Shown in pieces: positions 41,569 through 53,741 of a stretch of DNA of 64,000 bases. The stretch lies in assembly GCA_964016885.1 (NCBI GenBank), contig OZ024743.1, forward strand, positions 101,184,001-101,248,000, in the 5' to 3' direction. This stretch comes from Eledone cirrhosa. Its lineage: Eukaryota. The position numbers and the translations under genes were made by a program. Each line of letters starts with the position of its first letter. The stretch's first letter is position 1. The notes below the pieces were generated by a model. It was given only the letters and a program-made list of their open reading frames with translations. It did no database searches and had not been told where the DNA came from.

Positions 41569-43211
41569 GCAACAATAAAGACAACAAAAACAACAACAAC
41601 ACAAACGTCACAAGTATCCACATACGAAACGAGAAAGACAACAACAACAACAAAGATGAAAACAACTCAAACGACGAGAAACAAAACAATACTAATATCC
41701 AAAACGAAAACAAAATATCTTTTGCACAAACGGCTAAATTATCAGTCGCTTATGTGCTGGAAGATATTTCAAAAGCAAAAGAAATGCTGGAAAAAGCCAA
41801 GAAATATGTGTCTTTTGGCGAAAACGGATCGTTTTCTATACATTCACCTCCGGAGCTAAAAAGACAGACGGAATTACGAACTGTCGTATTCCGAACAATT
41901 TTAAATAAAACAAAGAAACCAGCGCAACCATCTCAAGCGGAAACTCAGTTAGTCTTGAAAGACGCGATGAGAGACATCACTTTCATACAAAAGGATAAAC
42001 TCTATGGGAGTTTATCCATATTGATGAAAGACGAATTGGCGGCAAAAAAATACTCTGTGTCGCCAATTCGGTCCACACACTACACCTTCTTCCCTACCTA
42101 CATGGGTAAAAAAACCCAGAGGATATGGATAACCACCATCACCCCAAACATAAACTACTGGTGGTTACTAACCGGTTTCCTCAATTTAGACGAGGACAAC
42201 CTCATCTCAATAGGGAAGGCATCCGGCGACGCGTTCAGTGGAACGAGCATCGAAGTTCTGACCCAAATAAGGCCAGAACGCATCGCCCAAATCCCTGAGC
42301 GCGTCATGCTGGATGACCGTACCCACCTCAACATTATTGTGGAGGGTAGGCGTCCCTCCTGTTACCTCTCTGGCAATAGAGGTCACCTGAGGGCTGCCTG
42401 TCCCCAGCTCACACAGAAAAAAACACTGCTACCAACACCAACACCACCCCAACTACAACAACAAAAACAACCACAACAACAACAAAAACCAACAACCCCA
42501 CCACCACCACCACAACAACAACAACAACAAACACGTGAAAAAATAACACAGAATACTGTCCCACCCAATCCCTCCCCACCCAAAACAAATACAAAAACAC
42601 GCACACCGCAAACACTACCAGAAAACATACCCCTCCCACCCAACAAGGAAGACGAACCTCTTTCGTCGCAAGACGAAAAAGATCCCTTCCAACAAGTAAA
42701 AAGAAAGAAGAGGAGACGCACCACAGACACACATGTTAACTTTAATCCCCCCCAAGAGAACACAAACTACACACAAACCACCCCTCCCTGTCACACAACA
42801 CTAACTGCTACACAAAAAAAGACATTACAATACACATACATGAACACAGACAACAAAGAATTACGGAAAACAATTTCAGCAAACCCTTCGGTCCAAACCG
42901 AAGGGCCAAACTTTATAACTGCTGTGGGACTACCTCATTTGAAAATGATAAAAGTCCCAATGCACTTGTACAAAACACTGAAAATAAATTTCACGGAGGA
43001 CGTGGGCCCCCCCTGCGCCAAACCAATCAACCGCGTCCTCCTAAAAAATTTCACCCCCCCACCTCACCCAGACACCCACTCAACGACAAACACCCCAACC
43101 CCACAACACACCGATGCCCCTTCACTTCCACAAACCACAACCCCGCCCAACAACCCATCCCCAACCAGCATGGAAATTGAGCGGCCCGTTTCCCGGGACG
43201 CAGAGAGGTAA
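41361..43211 (+). CDS. LINE ORF1p (gag-like nucleic-acid-binding protein), 616 aa from first ATG
   Basis: Uninterrupted ORF upstream of ORF2. Degenerate zinc knuckle CYLSGNRGHLRAAC (CX2CX4HX4C with the second C replaced by S), basic FQQVKRKKRRR motif, poly-N and P/Q/T low-complexity regions. Confidence 0.85.
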
Positions 43212-43235
43212 GTGCCTTTTCTCTTTACCACCAAC

Positions 43236-46200
43236 ATGGCTGTGCTAAGAGTAGGGTGTCTAAATGCGCGTGGCCTGGGCTCGTCTTGGAAGCAAGCAAT
43301 GCTTCTAAATGACCTCAGGTCACAATCTATAAATGTGATGGTTATCTGCGAGGCCCGGATCAGCAGCATGCGACAGCTAGCCCCCACCTTTGACGACTTT
43401 GAGATGCACGCATCTCTCTGTCAGCCCGGAGGTGGGGGTGGGGTTGTCGTTCTGCTGCAAAAACATATGGGCCTTGCAACACAGATAGTTCACTTGGACC
43501 CAGGGGGTCGACTGGTGGTGCTGGACCTTGGCAGTGGTGAAGGTAGAGCCTTTAGGCTGATAGCCGCATATGCCCCTTTTGGGACAGAGCGGCCCGACTT
43601 TTTCCAGCGTCTGGAGTCTTTTCTAGGGACGTCCCGTTCCCTGCTTTTAGTGGGGGATTGGAATGGTATCCTGGATGCACGTTGGGACTATGCAGGGGCA
43701 TGTCCCGATAGAGAGGGGTGCAACAGCCTCAAGGGGTTACTCGGCCGATTTGACCTGGCCGATAGATTTCGACTAGATTTTCCGACGGTGCCAACCTGGT
43801 CTTGGTCAAATCGCAGCGGATCATCTAGATCGTACCTAGATAGATTTTTAGTTAAAAATAAGGACAGGGACTTTTTAAGTTGTCCAGAAATGCTCATGGT
43901 TGGCTATTCAGACCACAAGTTGGTGACCTGCATGGTCAACCTTGATAGAACGCATAGACAGGGCCCCGGTTACTGGAAGCTCAACTTGTCCTTGCCGGCA
44001 AGTAGAGCCTACAGGAATCGGATTAGTACGTTAGTTAAGGAACGGTTGACTGGAGCGATCGTCAACAGCAGGTGGTGGGTATCTCTAAAGAGAGAGATTA
44101 GAGTAGTCTCGATTGAATTTAGTAAGGTTCTAGCTGCGGATAGGAATAGGAAGGAAAGGGAGCTAATAGATAGAGTAGAAGAGGCAATTAGAAGCGGCGA
44201 CGTGGCCAGAGTGCTAGCGTCGAGAACGGCTTTGAGCCAGTTTTTCGACGCGAAGCACGAAGGCTGCGTTGTCCGAAGTAAAATACGTGCTCTAGGGAAC
44301 GAGGGGGCCAAAGCTGTTAGCTGGGCCCGCGTGACAGAGGCCAACAGTGGAACTAAATCCACCATCCGGTCTTTGCGAGACCTGGATGGACGGGCGATTC
44401 TTGAGCCTAAGCAGATGTGTGAGGCCTTTCAAAGGCACTTTGCCCGACTGTTCGGGAGGGGCGGGGAGCCGGTTGGAAACGTGGACTTCGGTCCATACCT
44501 CGACGGCCTGCCGCGCCTCTCGGACAGGGAGGCGAAGTCTTGCGAGGAGCCGATTTCGGCCGCTGAGATAGAGGACGTGCTGGGCCAATGCGGCAAACGC
44601 AAATCCCCGGGTCTCGATGGTCTTCCTTACGAATTATATCTAGCTATGCCGGACTTGTTCCCCGATCTCCTCGAGGCGGTCTACTGCAACTGGCAACAGA
44701 ACGGGAGAATTCCCTGTACTGTGACCAAGGGCGTAGTCACGCTAGTGAGGAAGGACGAGAACAAGGGGGACGAAATAAGTAACTTCAGGCCCATAACTCT
44801 GCTAAATACAGAGTTACAGATTTTGGCCAAGGTGCTAGCAAAGAGGTTGGCGCTTGTCGTGGGCAACCTGGTGGGAGATGCGCAGACATGCGCTATCCCG
44901 TCCAGGTCCATCCATGACAACCTCCACCTCATGCGATACATCATAGAGAGGGTTGGGAACGAACCCGGCTTTGGTGGGGCTCTGATCAACTTGGATCAAT
45001 CTAAGGCGTTCCATAGGGTCGACCATGGTTACCTGGATGCGGTGCTAGCGGCGGCAGGCTTCGGACCCGTTTTCAGGGGCTGGATCACTGCTATGCACAG
45101 CAGCCGCATCTGCTCTAGGGTCAAGGTGAACGGCTACCTCTCGGAGCCGTTCAAAATCGCGCGGTCCATCCGACAAGGGTGCCCTCTCTCCTCCCTTCTG
45201 TATGTGTTGACTCTCGAGCCACTACTGCGGAAGTTGGAGTTGTTGCAGGGCATCCCTTTGGAACCGGGATTGCGGAAAGCGGTGTCAGCCTACGCCGATG
45301 ATGTGACAGTAATGGTGTCGACGGCCTCCGAAATCGAGGCGGTCGGCACCTTACTGGAGGAGTACGAAAAGTTCACAGGGGCTAAGCTGAACCGGGACAA
45401 GTCGATCGGTTTGCAACTCGGCACGTGGAGGGGCAGACCGATGCCCTCCGATGGCGTCGTCGGACGCTGGACGGAGGGCCCGGTGAAGTTGCTCGGGGTC
45501 TGGTTCGGACCGGACCTCCAGGTGGAGAAAAACTGGGCGGAGGTTACGAACAGGGTGTTTGCACTGACCCAGAAGTGGGCCAGTTGCAAACTATCCCTGA
45601 AAGGTCGGGCGGAGGTGGCGAACACTTATATAGCGTCCGTCATCTACTACCGCCTGACCGTAGTGCCCTGCCCAAGGGAAACCCTCACCAAGATGGAGCG
45701 CGCGCTCTTCCAATTCCTTTGGAAGGGGCGGGCTCCTATGGTGAGGAGATCCATCTGCTGTCAACACCCTTCGAAAGGAGGGCTGGGGATGCCGTGGCTA
45801 ATGATGCGTAAACACGCATTAAGGCTACGGCACCTCTACGTATTCCTCACCAGACAACCGGTGTGGGCCCCGTTTGTGAGACGAACCTTTCCCAGACTCG
45901 TCTCACTCACCGAACTACAATCCTGGGTCAAGCAGAGACCGAGAAAACTGGGCGCCTGGCACACTGAGTGTGCCCAGGCGCTCACCGCCCTCTGGCAGGC
46001 GGATCCGGTTATCAGTGGAGACTCCACCGCAACATTCTATAGAGGGCTGGTACGCAGCAGGTGCGACGACGCCCTCGGAGAAGCCCTAGACATGGAGGAG
46101 GACGAACTGGCCAGCCTGTTCGGTAGGACATTCAGCCCGGGACCTATGGACAACTTCCAGAAGTCCCTGGCCTGGCAGTGCTACCGAGGGGCTTTACCCG

Positions 46201-46673
46201 TTCGAGAAAGGCTCTACAGACACGGGCGCCCGGGTAGGGACCCCGCCAAAAAGATCTGTCCCAGATGCGTGTGCGACGAGGAAACCGTTGCACACGCATT
46301 GGTACACTGCTCGGGCGTAGCCGATCTGTGGGGCTATGTCGAACAACTGCTGTCAAGGGTGGGACCGATCCGGTTGACCACCGAGTCTATTGTAATGATC
46401 AAGCCGCCTCCCCCCTTCAAAGATGAAGCAGAGGCGGTGTTTCTGTGCGTAATAGCCATGGCGAAAGAGGTTGTATGGTGGACGCGTCTGAAAGGACTGA
46501 GGTCGGGCGCCTTTCTCTCTGGCCAACAACTGGTCCGTTTCTTCCGATATCATTTCGGAAGAAGGATCAGGATGGAGAGAGAGGTGCTCCACCCCAGTCG
46601 TTTTTATGAAAGGTGGGTGAAAGTGGCGAGAATGGCCCGTGTGAATGGGCCTTCTCTTTACATAAGCCTGTAG
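43236..46673 (+). CDS. LINE ORF2p: apurinic-like endonuclease + reverse transcriptase + C-terminal Zn finger (1145 aa from ATG)
   Basis: APE motifs LNARG, ICE, GDWN, YLD, SDH; RT motifs KSPGLDG, FRPITLLN, LDQSKAF, RQGCPLS, YADD; C-terminal CPRC...ETVAHALVHC. No stops. Confidence 0.96.
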   Translation: MAVLRVGCLNARGLGSSWKQAMLLNDLRSQSINVMVICEARISSMRQLAPTFDDFEMHASLCQPGGGGGVVVLLQKHMGLATQIVHLDPGGRLVVLDLGSGEGRAFRLIAAYAPFGTERPDFFQRLESFLGTSRSLLLVGDWNGILDARWDYAGACPDREGCNSLKGLLGRFDLADRFRLDFPTVPTWSWSNRSGSSRSYLDRFLVKNKDRDFLSCPEMLMVGYSDHKLVTCMVNLDRTHRQGPGYWKLNLSLPASRAYRNRISTLVKERLTGAIVNSRWWVSLKREIRVVSIEFSKVLAADRNRKERELIDRVEEAIRSGDVARVLASRTALSQFFDAKHEGCVVRSKIRALGNEGAKAVSWARVTEANSGTKSTIRSLRDLDGRAILEPKQMCEAFQRHFARLFGRGGEPVGNVDFGPYLDGLPRLSDREAKSCEEPISAAEIEDVLGQCGKRKSPGLDGLPYELYLAMPDLFPDLLEAVYCNWQQNGRIPCTVTKGVVTLVRKDENKGDEISNFRPITLLNTELQILAKVLAKRLALVVGNLVGDAQTCAIPSRSIHDNLHLMRYIIERVGNEPGFGGALINLDQSKAFHRVDHGYLDAVLAAAGFGPVFRGWITAMHSSRICSRVKVNGYLSEPFKIARSIRQGCPLSSLLYVLTLEPLLRKLELLQGIPLEPGLRKAVSAYADDVTVMVSTASEIEAVGTLLEEYEKFTGAKLNRDKSIGLQLGTWRGRPMPSDGVVGRWTEGPVKLLGVWFGPDLQVEKNWAEVTNRVFALTQKWASCKLSLKGRAEVANTYIASVIYYRLTVVPCPRETLTKMERALFQFLWKGRAPMVRRSICCQHPSKGGLGMPWLMMRKHALRLRHLYVFLTRQPVWAPFVRRTFPRLVSLTELQSWVKQRPRKLGAWHTECAQALTALWQADPVISGDSTATFYRGLVRSRCDDALGEALDMEEDELASLFGRTFSPGPMDNFQKSLAWQCYRGALPVRERLYRHGRPGRDPAKKICPRCVCDEETVAHALVHCSGVADLWGYVEQLLSRVGPIRLTTESIVMIKPPPPFKDEAEAVFLCVIAMAKEVVWWTRLKGLRSGAFLSGQQLVRFFRYHFGRRIRMEREVLHPSRFYERWVKVARMARVNGPSLYISL

Positions 46674-47036
46674 GTGGAAAAGAGGAAGGAACGAGGGAGC
46701 ACCCCCTCTCTGTGCTCCTGAGGAGAAGGGTTGCACACTTTTTTCGGGGGTGTGTGCGACCCCCCAAGGCGCCTCCTCTCTATTGAGGATTTTGTTAAAA
46801 ATTTTATTTTTTGTTATATCTTATTTTATTTTTATATTTTGTTATTGCCTCCTCCTTATTGAGGACGCCTTTTTGTGTAAACTCCCCCCTTTGTACTTGT
46901 CCCACTTTTGATGCCCTAGTGGCAAATAAAAGAAACTTATATATTTATATATATATATATACATATGTGTATTTCGCTGTTCGTCAATATATATATACGT
47001 GTTATATTCTGTACGTGAAGACAGAAGTTAAGCGAA

Positions 47037-47176
<140 letters not shown>

Positions 47177-47319
47177 GTCAATGGCAATAAGGACCCTGGG
47201 ACAAGATATGAAAGTGTCAGGTACAGCAGGTGTCCCAGGGCACTGCAGCCTGGGCCTGGTCGTCATTCGGTCGCTGCGATAAAACCAAAACCAAAACCAA
47301 AACCAAAACCAAACCTTTT

Positions 47320-47965
47320 CGGTATTGGTTGCTGGGGTGTCCGGACATTATCAGACCGTGAACCTACACCGTCTCGTTCTGAAAGAAGGTCAGCAGTTGT
47401 GGCAAAATAGCTTCAAGCTTATAACATGGATGTTGTAGTTTTTTCTGAAACCAGTTTTATTGAGGAGCCTTTGAATATTGCTGGAATGTTCACACATTAC
47501 TAGATTCTGTCTTCTACAACAGCTCCCGAAAGAAAGTCAGCATTGGTAGCTAAAGAGTTGCAGAGATACAACTTGGAAGTAATAGCCTTGTCTCAAACGA
47601 GACTTTCTAAAGAAGACCACTTCACAGAACAGTCTGGTGGTTACACCTTTTATTGGAGAGGAAGAGAAGAATAATGCAAGGAGGAAGCTGGTGTAACGTT
47701 TGCCGTTAAGAATCGTCTAAGCTGGAAGAGCTTCCATATGGATTATCTGATCACCTTGTATCAATGAGAATTCCATTATCAAAGAACAGGTTTGTCATTC
47801 TTGTGAGTCTATACGCGACAATCATGAGTTCCTCTGAAGACGTAATACTCTCATTTTATATTTCACTGAAGGAACTAATCCGCACGATTCCTCAGGTCGA
47901 CAAAGTTGTCATTCTGGTGACTTCAACGCTAGAGTTGGCAAGGATTATGAAACCTTGAATGTACT
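47320..47965 (+). pseudogene. Decayed RTE-clade LINE endonuclease (APE N-terminus), two N-terminal pieces in tandem
   Basis: IGCWGVRTLSD...SERRSAVVAK*LQAYNMDVVVFSET, then PERKSALVAKELQRYNLEVIALSQTRL...GGYTFYWRG...AGVTFAVK (RTE/BovB-type motifs). Contains stops and frameshifts. Confidence 0.8.
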
Positions 47966-48007
47966 CGGTGGTGGGAGAGGAGAGGATGCTGGGAAACATT
48001 CAACAAC

Positions 48008-48380
48008 GACGGCACCACAGCAGCGTCGCTGGGTACCACATGGTCATAGACGGCACCACAGCAGCGTCGCTGGGTACCACATGGTCATAGACGGCACCAC
48101 AGCAGCGTCGCTGGGTACCACATGGTCATAGACGGCACCACAGCAGCGTCGCTGGGTACCACATGGTCATAGACGGCACCACAGCAGCGTCACTGGGTAC
48201 CACATGGTCATAGACGGCACCAGAGCAACGTCACTGGGTACCACATGGTCATAGACGGCACCAGAGCAGCGTCACTGGGTACCACGTGGTCATAGACGGC
48301 ACCACAGCAGCGTCACTGGGTACCACATGGTCATAGACGGCACCAGAGCAGCGTCACTGGGTACCACTTGGTCATAGACG
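48008..48380. repeat. 41-bp GC-rich tandem repeat (~9 units) GACGGCACCACAGCAGCGTC(G/A)CTGGGTACCACATGGTCATA
   Basis: Period 41 measured between 48008 and 48049. Confidence 0.95.
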
Positions 48381-48489
48381 CGCGCCCAAGAAAACCAAAC
48401 ATGTACATACATACATACATACATACATACATACATACATACATACATACATACATACATACATACATACATACATACGTACATACATA

Positions 48490-49300
48490 CAGAACTAACA
48501 TCGAGGATATCACCAATGTCATCAGCAGCTGCCTAAAGATGTCATCGCGGTACTATCTACCTATGAGGCATGATGTAGTGGCCAAAACACTGTACAATGC
48601 AGTTCGTAAAAAAGATAGCCCCGATAATAAACACATTAAAAGCAACAGCAATGTGGAAGACATCCATGTACATAATATGAAAGAGTACTGGTGGAATGTT
48701 CCAGTAAAAACCCCAATAAAATGCAGGCATAACAGACCAGATGTGATGATATGGGACAGGGAGAAGAAAACATGCACAGTAGTGGAAATTAGCTGCCCAG
48801 CAGATGCCAATATAATATCAAAGATTAGTGAAAAGGAGAATATTTATGCAGAACTGATGAGAAATCTGCAGATACTCCATCCTGATTACACCTTCAGATT
48901 TATACCTGTGATTGTTGGGGCACTGGGATATGTTAGTAACTGCCTCAATACAAATCTTGAGAAGCTAGGCTTCACAGGAACAGAAAGAACACAACTAGTT
49001 AGGAAACTACAAGTACAATCCATTAATGGAACAGTAAAAATATGTAAAACATTCCAAAAATGTTGCATCTATTAATTGCATATACACAAGTACAGATACA
49101 GAGCATATACACATGCACACATACAAATCAAATCATACACATCCACACATACAATAACATCCATATCTACATATGCATGCATACATACATATCTACCTAG
49201 TTGATGTTGTGTAAATTCCAATGAGAGTGTCTTGTGTCCATGTTAGAAACCAACTCTCTCTCTATTGGTAAAACTTTGTGAAATTATAAAACCAGAAGAA
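48490..49300 (+). mobile_element. 5'-truncated R4/Dong-like RLE retrotransposon (end of CCHC + RLE domain + 3'UTR)
   Basis: IEDITNVISSC...RHDVVAK...EYWWN...HNRPDVMIWD...VVEISCP; homologous to 57260-57816; flanked by (TACA)n on both sides. Confidence 0.88.
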
Positions 49301-49501
49301 CATACAAACATAGATACATACATACAAACATACATACATTCAAACGTACATACATACATACATACATACATACATACATACATACATACATACATACATA
49401 CATACATACTCCATCTTAACTTTTGTTTTGATCAAACAAAAGACAAGATGGAGTAACAGATTAAGAACAGAAAGAAGAGGAAGCACAAAAGAGAACATAT
49501 G

Positions 49502-49544
49502 GTCATTGAAGAGGTCACAGAATGTGTGACGAAAGGGCTTTGAC
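49502..49544 (+). ncRNA. Degenerate hammerhead family C copy (core C3 replaced by T)
   Basis: GTCA-TTGAAGA-G-GTCACA-gaatg-TGTGAC-GAAA-GggC-TT-TGAC. Confidence 0.55.
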
Positions 49545-50242
49545 GAACTAACTAATCTAAACTATAATAAAGTAAGGAGTACGGGACTGCGTCCAGAATA
49601 TTTTTTTTTTATCCCGTTTGTAAAATAAGTTGGATTACTTTGAATAAATAATGAATAAATATTACATAATTTATCTACTAAATTTCGTTATTCTTGATAA
49701 TTTTGTCGCTTATTTTAAGATTCCCTTCTTTAAAATGTTTCAAATGTCAACACTTTCGGTTAGCGATCGCTTAAATAAACATTCATATACTTCCGTCACT
49801 AATTTTCTCCTAATGCAGTTTATATATAATATCGTCTTTTTTTAATGTATCATGGATTACGTTACTGGTTACAGAAGACAGTGTAACGCAGTCTTCGTTC
49901 AATTTCTGTGTATATTGTCAATTACGATTTTATTTGATGTATCATATCTACATGTATATATACTTGCGTATGATATCAATATGCACACTACACATGCTAG
50001 CAGGAAAGCACCCGAAGGTGATTTTTCTGCTAGTAATGGTAATAAAGATAAAGGATAAAATGAAGAGAACATTATATGGTGCATGTGTTTCTTTTTATTG
50101 GCAATACAGGCAACATGACCATCCACAAATATATCAATATCGGTTTCGACACACGATTTCACATCAAGAATCTAGCAAAACAAATACCTATAAATAAATA
50201 TATATATTAAATCTTTGTTGGTTTTTTTTCAATAAACAAATC

Positions 50243-50378
50243 TCATCATTTCTGAAGACAGCATGTATATGTGAAGGCATGTATATTTCCTTTGATAATT
50301 TCTAATATTTTTACATAGATCTATATGATATACATACCATCACACATATACATCCTAGAAACGATCGTAAAATGATGA
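50243..50378 (+). ncRNA. Type I hammerhead ribozyme motif with extended stem II (family D)
   Basis: TCATCATTT-CTGAAGA-C-AGCATGTATATGTG...CACATATACATCCT-A-GAAA-CGATCG-TA-AAATGATGA. Perfect 9-bp stem I, 14-bp stem II with one mismatch plus a C/A mismatch at its base, palindromic stem III, GUA triplet. Confidence 0.8.
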
Positions 50379-51010
50379 ATTTTTTAATATAAGGAACTTG
50401 TTCTTTGTTTTTATTAATTTATCTTGACTCTGTTTTCCTATGATTTTCATCGAAAATTTTTGAATGCATCTTCTCTTTTCATGATCTTTGGATTACATTG
50501 AGTTCTTCACACGGATTGGACACTACCGTATATTTTGTTAGATTTATCTACATATATATATATATAGGGGTCATCTCCCTTGTCTAATGCCATGTGCGTT
50601 TTTCACTGGTAGTTGGCTCCTCTGCCGCCAGGAAAAAACTCGTTGAGAAAGTAAAACTCCGTTCCGCTTACTCTAGTAGGCTTTTATATTTATATGTGAG
50701 CTGATAGAGTACAGTCTAAGGATTTACAGAAACCCATGAAGCTAGATTTAACACCTGTCTAGTGGGTCCGGGTATGATTTTACATTCATTTAAATTATTG
50801 ACGTATTGTTTTATTGATATTTTTTATCTGTTTGTCCCGAATCTTCCTCTATCGATTTTAAATCGTATGGTTGATTGTAGACTTGTTCTATATGTGACGG
50901 TATTTTAACGATAGTTATAGCTCTGATTCATCTGAATTATTGAGCCCTCTGCCGCTCATATCGAATCTCGTTTATCGTGAACTCGTGCGCCGATTTTTCG
51001 ATACTCGATC

Positions 51011-51075
<65 letters not shown>

Positions 51076-51177
51076 AACGAGTAGGTCCTACTCGTTCCTA
51101 TTACCCACTCTACTACCCTAAGTATTGAGTACTTTGGTGCGTTATGGTCCACCTGGTTCCTTACCACATTTCCTTCG

Positions 51178-51221
<44 letters not shown>

Positions 51222-51290
51222 GTGTGTGTACAGACAACTACCTGTTGAAACGGCCAGAGCTCAGCTGTCGGGTCCTGACTCTTTATCAAG

Positions 51291-51361
<71 letters not shown>

Positions 51362-52475
51362 TGTATGTGTATGTATGTATGTATGTATGTATGTATGCAT
51401 GTATATATGTGTATGTGTGTGCGTGTGTCTTTGTGAGTGTGTGATTTTGTGCGCATGTGTGCGTCGGCAATGATTTTATCTGTGTATATTGTCTGGTTTT
51501 ATGTAGGATGTCGACATAGTAAGTAGACTGCCGCTCATAGAAAGACTTCACATCTCTCTAATACAAGCCGCTCCACCTTTTTACTGTTCTCGGCTCTTCC
51601 TAACTGTTTACTAACTGTAGTTTATAGCTTAGTGATTTGATATGTTAGCTTGTAAGCACATCTTGTCTGATATACATACATACATGATGGCTGCCCCCTC
51701 GTTATCGAGTATCGCCATTGCATGATATACCATTATTAATAATTATTAATTAATTCTATCGTGCAATGCCTGTGCCTGAAGATATTTTTTAAAGTGGCGA
51801 AAGACTGTGCACTGAGCCAATCCCACCTTCTGAGCGACAGTAGCTATAACCCGAAAAGTAGAAAATATCAACACCATCGGTAACTACTGAGCCGCAGGTT
51901 TTATATCGGAGATATCCCAGTTTCTTGAGTTCCCTTATCCTAGAAGAATGCCCTGACAAAGGCTAGGCGTCCTTCACTCCCAGTGGTTTAACCGCGCGGT
52001 ACAAGTGCATATACATATTTACACACACACACATATACATACATACATATATACACACATATATACATACATACATTCATACACATACATACATACACAC
52101 ACATACATACACACACATACATACATGCATACACACACATACATACATGCATACACACACATACATACGCACACACATACATGCATACACACACACACAC
52201 ACACACATACATACATACATACACACATACATACACACATACATACACATACATACATGCATACATACATACATACACACATACACACATACATACATAC
52301 ATATATATACACACACATACATACATACACACACACATGCATACATACACACACACACATACATACATACATACACATACATACATACATACATACATAC
52401 ATACATACATACATACATACATACATACATACATACATACATACACACATACACACATACACACATACATACATA

Positions 52476-52740
52476 GAATATTTATGCAGAATTGATGAGA
52501 AATCTGCAGATACTCCATCCTGATTACACCTTCAGATTTTTGCCTGTGATTATTGGGGCACTGGGGTATGTTAGTAACTTCCTCAATACAAATCTTGAGA
52601 AGCTGGGCTTCACAGGAACAGAAAGAACACAACTAGTTAGGAAATTACAAGTACAATCCATTAATGGAACAGTAATAATATGTAAAACATTCCAAAAATT
52701 GTGCATCTAATAACTGCATATACACATGTACAGATACAAA
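52476..52740 (+). mobile_element. Short 3' fragment of the same R4/Dong-like family
   Basis: Near-identical to ~48837-49100 (ELMRNLQILHPDYTFRF...ICKTFQK); begins immediately after a (TACA/CA)n tract. Confidence 0.88.
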
Positions 52741-52769
52741 GAAAAGATCAACAAAGAAGATCAACATCA

Positions 52770-53120
52770 TCGGTAACTATTGAGCCGCAGATTTTATATC
52801 GGAGTTATCCCAGTTTCCCGAGTTGCCTTCTCCTAGAAGAATGCCCTAACAAAGGCTATGGGTCCTTCACTCCCAGTGGTTTAACCGCGCGGTACATGTG
52901 TATATACATATTTACACACTTTTGGATCGCCGTTGACTCTTATGAGTTCTTCCGCCCTTTGACAGGTTTTGTTTTTTGTCCTGCAGGGTGTCCAAAATCA
53001 CCCTCCTCACCAAGTAAACTTGGTGGAGTTTCCGGTTTAGTCGCCGATGACCCGACCATGCAACAAGTTGTAGTGGGTTACATGTTACCAGTAGCACTCA
53101 ATACTGACCCGACATAGACA
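52770..53120 (-). mobile_element. RTE-like 5'UTR fragment; related pieces at ~51860-52010 and ~53555-53645
   Basis: Minus strand GCCTTTGTTAGGGCATTCTTCTAGGAGAAGGCAACTC resembles RTE 5'UTRs (recalled motif) and recurs three times locally, each next to (TACA)n. Confidence 0.55.
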
Positions 53121-53741
53121 TACATACATACACACATACATACATACATACATGCATACATACATACGTACGTATATACGTACATACATACACACATACA
53201 TACACAAATACATACATACACACATGGTGGCTGTCAACTCGTTTTCGAGTACGGCCACTACTTTATATCCATGTAGGAGAACCCCTACCGATGCGCTGAA
53301 CGAGTGTGACTTTTTAGTCCAGCCAGCGACTTGAAAACTCTGGTACAAACACTACACCTGTGACAATTATTGACACATAGTGCTGGGCCCATGGTATCAT
53401 GTGACGACAAGTGCAGAGAGATCTCCAGATATAAAGCAATACCTGTGCCGTGAAGCTTTTATAGTGAGCAAAGGCACTGCACAAAGCCAGTCCCACTCTC
53501 TTAACCAAGATGATATTTACCAAAAAAAGAACAAGTTAACATCATTGGATACCATCAGGGTTGCAGGTGTTATATCAGAGTTTTCCTTCTCCTAGAATTC
53601 TGCCTTGACAAAGGCTAAGGGGTCATCTCTCCCGGGGGTCATCACATACACACATACATACGTACATACATACATACATACATACATACATACATACATA
53701 CATACATACATACATACATACATACATACATACATACATAC

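Larger units (their letters stand above)
41143..46936 (+). mobile_element. Apparently full-length L1/Tx1-clade non-LTR retrotransposon
   Basis: Short 5'UTR after (TATC)n, ORF1, ORF2 (APE-RT-CCHC), T-rich 3'UTR and AATAAA at ~46925, then (TA)-rich flank. 5' boundary approximate. Confidence 0.9.

Noticed and set aside
43688-46767. Antisense and alternate-frame ORFs within LINE ORF2
   Set aside because: Shadow ORFs of GC-rich coding sequence with no recognisable motifs.
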